Below, in pieces: positions 61,578 through 64,000 of a DNA stretch of 64,000 nucleotides (positions are counted from its first letter, which is position 1; each line of letters opens with the position of its first letter). The stretch spans positions 576,001 to 640,000 of the forward strand of contig CAWBWI010000006.1 of assembly GCA_963792585.1 (NCBI GenBank), given 5' to 3'. A program made the translations under genes and the position numbers. The stretch comes from Candidatus Eiseniibacteriota bacterium (GTDB lineage: Bacteria > Eisenbacteria > RBG-16-71-46 > CAIMUX01 > VGJL01). Under the pieces are notes generated by a model. It ran no database searches, had not been told where the DNA came from, and saw only the letters and a program-made list of their open reading frames with translations.

Positions 61578-61712
61578 TTCTAACAGCCGCGTTCACCTGC
61601 CGCGCTTGCCCTGACACGGCTCTGGCGGTGTCGCCAAGAACCCAACAATCAGCCACCCGTGATCGCCAGAGCCGCGCCAGGTCTGCGCCCGCAGGTGACG
61701 CGAACGTTAGAT
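61578..61712 (+). repeat. attC23 (type C)
   Basis: TTCTAAC..GTTAGAT. Confidence 0.9.
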
Positions 61713-61727
61713 GCTGGACGGCCTAGC

Positions 61728-62540
61728 ATGAATCATCAAGTCCCAACGTCAGGGTACCTTGGGAAGGAAGGTAGTGACTGGTCCGCCCGAATGCAGCAGC
61801 AGCATTCGCAGCTGTTCGATGTTTGCACGGCCATGAATACTGCAGCTCACTCCGTCGTCCGTGAGTTGCAGCCGCGCCCTTTCGCGCCTCAGGAATCCAT
61901 CGCAGTCGGTCTGTACCTGCGATGCCTCGACCACTTTCAGAGCGTCGTACTGTTGCGCCGTCAAGGCATGCGAGCACCGGCAAAGGCAGCTCTGCGATGC
62001 TTACTAGAGTGCTTGTTCACAATGCGCGCGATTGTTCGTGACAAGAGTACCTTCACGCATTACGTGCGCAGCGATGACCTTCGCAGGCGCAAGCTCCTCG
62101 ACAAATGTCGTCGTACCGTTTCCACGATCTTCTCCGGTCTTCGCGGACCCGAGGCCGCGACACTACGCGATGAACTCCAAGAGGCCATTCGCACGGAAAA
62201 CATCAGGGAACTCACGGTCGCCCAGCTTGCGGAGAAGGCTGATCTACTGGACATGTACCTTGTCGTGTACAGCGTCCTCTGCAGTTCGGTTCATTCCACT
62301 TCCCGGGATCTTGTGGAGACAATCGCTTTCGACCAGACGAACGGGGTCATCGTCCTCAATACGGGTCCGTCTATGCAGGACGCGTACCTCGACCTCTGCA
62401 CTGCATGCCAGTCGATGGCCCTCGCTCTCGGGGAACTAGGGACGCTCCTAGCTCTGGACGTATCTGACACGGTCAAGTCTCACATGACGGCCGCGAGCGA
62501 TATGCTTGCCCGACACTCCGGAGCAGCCAATGGCATCTAA
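61728..62540 (+). CDS. Cassette 24: cytoplasmic helical protein, DUF5677-like
   Basis: LRCLLE, LAEKA.L..MY..VYS.LCS.VHS pattern; stop inside attC24. Confidence 0.7.
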   Translation: MNHQVPTSGYLGKEGSDWSARMQQQHSQLFDVCTAMNTAAHSVVRELQPRPFAPQESIAVGLYLRCLDHFQSVVLLRRQGMRAPAKAALRCLLECLFTMRAIVRDKSTFTHYVRSDDLRRRKLLDKCRRTVSTIFSGLRGPEAATLRDELQEAIRTENIRELTVAQLAEKADLLDMYLVVYSVLCSSVHSTSRDLVETIAFDQTNGVIVLNTGPSMQDAYLDLCTACQSMALALGELGTLLALDVSDTVKSHMTAASDMLARHSGAANGI

Positions 62541-62665
62541 CAGCCGCGTTCACCTGCCGGGCGGCTCCGTCACGGCCCTGGCGAGGAAGCCAATGAAGAT
62601 GAATCACCACCTGGTGTCGCCAGGTCCGCGCCGGACCTCGCCCACAGGTGACGCGAACGTTATGC
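62535..62665 (+). repeat. attC24 (type B)
   Basis: ATCTAAC..GTTATGC. Confidence 0.9.
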
Positions 62666-62681
62666 CCAGGAGGATGCCCCG

Positions 62682-63071
62682 ATGTCGGTGATCCGCCGCC
62701 TTCCCCTAACGATCCTCATCGCGCTCGTCGGGCTCGTTCCTGCTTGTATCACTGACGATCAACCGCCTCCGGTGGGTGACATTTTCCGAAGCGTCCGGGG
62801 CACCGTGACCGATGTCAGCACGAGTCTCCCTCTATCCGGCGTCACCTGCTTCTGGTCTGACTCATTGCCCTACTACGAGACTTCCGTAACTGACTCCACG
62901 GGGGCTTACAGTGTTCGCGGCTCTGGATCACCTGTTGGCCTTCCAGCAATAGGCCATCTGACTTTCGCGAAGATTGGCTATGACACCTTGACTACTCCTG
63001 CGGCGGCGCTCTTCCCAGACTTGGACACCCAACGATGCACCTACGATGTCAGGATGGTTCGACACCCATGA
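62682..63071 (+). CDS. Cassette 25: lipoprotein, carboxypeptidase-regulatory-like domain
   Basis: Lipobox-like VPAC; VRGTVTD..T..PLSGV, TDSTGAY, FAKIGY. Confidence 0.75.
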   Translation: MSVIRRLPLTILIALVGLVPACITDDQPPPVGDIFRSVRGTVTDVSTSLPLSGVTCFWSDSLPYYETSVTDSTGAYSVRGSGSPVGLPAIGHLTFAKIGYDTLTTPAAALFPDLDTQRCTYDVRMVRHP

Positions 63072-63135
63072 GCCAGATCGAGGAAATAGTTGCGTGCTTC
63101 CGCGGTGACCTCATCGATGGGATTGTCTGGTCCGG

Positions 63136-63266
63136 GCATAACAGCCGCATTCACCTGACGCGCTGGGCCGTCACGGCCCTGGCAGAAGAGCATAGAAGGC
63201 AAGACCATCACCAGAGGCTGCCAGGGCCGCGCCGGCCTCAGCCCGCAGGTGATGCGAACGTTATGT
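63136..63266 (+). repeat. attC25 (type A)
   Basis: GCATAAC..GTTATGT. Confidence 0.92.
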
Positions 63267-63282
63267 TGTTGTGGAGCACTTC

Positions 63283-63978
63283 ATGAGAACCACTTGCGTG
63301 CGAACCTTCATCACGCTCATCGTCTTGGCTCTCTCCATTGTGCCCTTGGACAGCGCCGATGCTTCGGCACGCAGGCTGCGCCCGTCTGCAACCTTGGGTC
63401 TGGTCAGCAGCGGCTTTGCCCCGAACGACGGGGCATTCCACGACTTTCAGCGATCCACGCACTTCACTGCCGGACTGATTCTCGCCCGACATCAGTCACC
63501 CAACTCAGCAATTGAAATGGGTCTCATTCTTGAGCGGCGGGGAACCTCCTGGCGCTCGACCTTTGCCCCCGATGGCGAGTATCGCGAAGCTAAAGGGTTC
63601 ACTCGAAACCTCGATCTCGCGTATCTGGCAGTCCCTCTGCGAATCAGGGCGGGTCTAGCTTCGGGCCGTATTCTACCGTCGCTCCACGCTGGCATGGAGT
63701 TCGGTTGCCTCATGTGGGCTCGCCAGACCACCACCGATCTCCAAAGCGGCATCCGATACGCCGCAGACAACGCCGTTCGCGATGAACTTAGGTCGTGGGA
63801 GGTTGCTGGCTCCATCGGGGGTAGGCTTGCCACCCGGTGGTCGACCCGACTGATCTTCATTGATCTAACGTATGTCCACGGACTCACCTCAGTGGACGAC
63901 GGGGCATTCAAGATCGAAGGTGACATTCCGAGCATTGCGAATCGCGGCATCAGAATGTCCTTGGGCAGCTCGATATGA
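63283..63978 (+). CDS. Cassette 26: outer-membrane beta-barrel protein (same family as cassette 13)
   Basis: Signal peptide; RG, YLAVP, AG.EFG, DLTY.HGLT, NR.IRMSLG. Confidence 0.78.
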   Translation: MRTTCVRTFITLIVLALSIVPLDSADASARRLRPSATLGLVSSGFAPNDGAFHDFQRSTHFTAGLILARHQSPNSAIEMGLILERRGTSWRSTFAPDGEYREAKGFTRNLDLAYLAVPLRIRAGLASGRILPSLHAGMEFGCLMWARQTTTDLQSGIRYAADNAVRDELRSWEVAGSIGGRLATRWSTRLIFIDLTYVHGLTSVDDGAFKIEGDIPSIANRGIRMSLGSSI

Positions 63979-63991
63979 CTTTTGTGCTGCA

Positions 63992-64000
63992 ACATAACAG
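63992..64000 (+). repeat. attC26, start only (truncated by window edge)
   Basis: ACATAAC-AG, complementary to cassette 26 start GTTATGT. Confidence 0.75.

Larger units (their letters stand above)
43016..64000 (+). mobile_element. Chromosomal integron: intI, attI and at least 26 gene cassettes (continues past window end)
   Basis: Integron integrase plus 25 complete attC hairpin sites (131 or 135 bp) separating single-gene units; each cassette's 5' GTT core is complementary to its own attC AAC core. Confidence 0.96.

Noticed and set aside
45505..63998. Repeats as a CRISPR array or REP/MITE elements
   Set aside because: Repeats are 131-135 bp with AAC/GTT cores and gene-sized spacers beside an IntI; no cas genes

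Overview
GC-rich bacterial chromosome segment. T9SS/FlgD-like C-terminal domains and TWG-type C-terminal motifs suggest an FCB-group candidate lineage such as Ca. Eisenbacteria (inference). Bases 1-42.9 kb are core or metabolic: a frameshift-riddled sdhCDAB operon; a five-gene putative trans-envelope electron conduit (FeS-flavoprotein, heme-b membrane protein, 30-heme cytochrome, beta-barrel, 15-heme lipoprotein); a SAM methyltransferase with an in-frame UGA and SECIS-like hairpin (probable selenoprotein); fba; a PrpD-family plus fused aconitase-family pair; tricorn protease; arsC; and a heterodimeric ABC exporter behind a leader-peptide attenuator. Bases 43.0-64.0 kb are a large chromosomal integron: intI co-oriented with the array, a fixed MazEF-type module, attI and 26 cassettes (25 complete attC sites plus one cut by the window edge). 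Main highlights: (1) one standardized, stop-free reading frame appears to relay translation across nearly every attC and couple to each next gene; (2) nine cassettes encode secreted proteins sharing a C-terminal TWG-x-x-[KR]-x-x-[FY]-R motif; (3) two families of repeated cassettes lack a credible gene. All counts and coordinates were made by eye; no searches were run.
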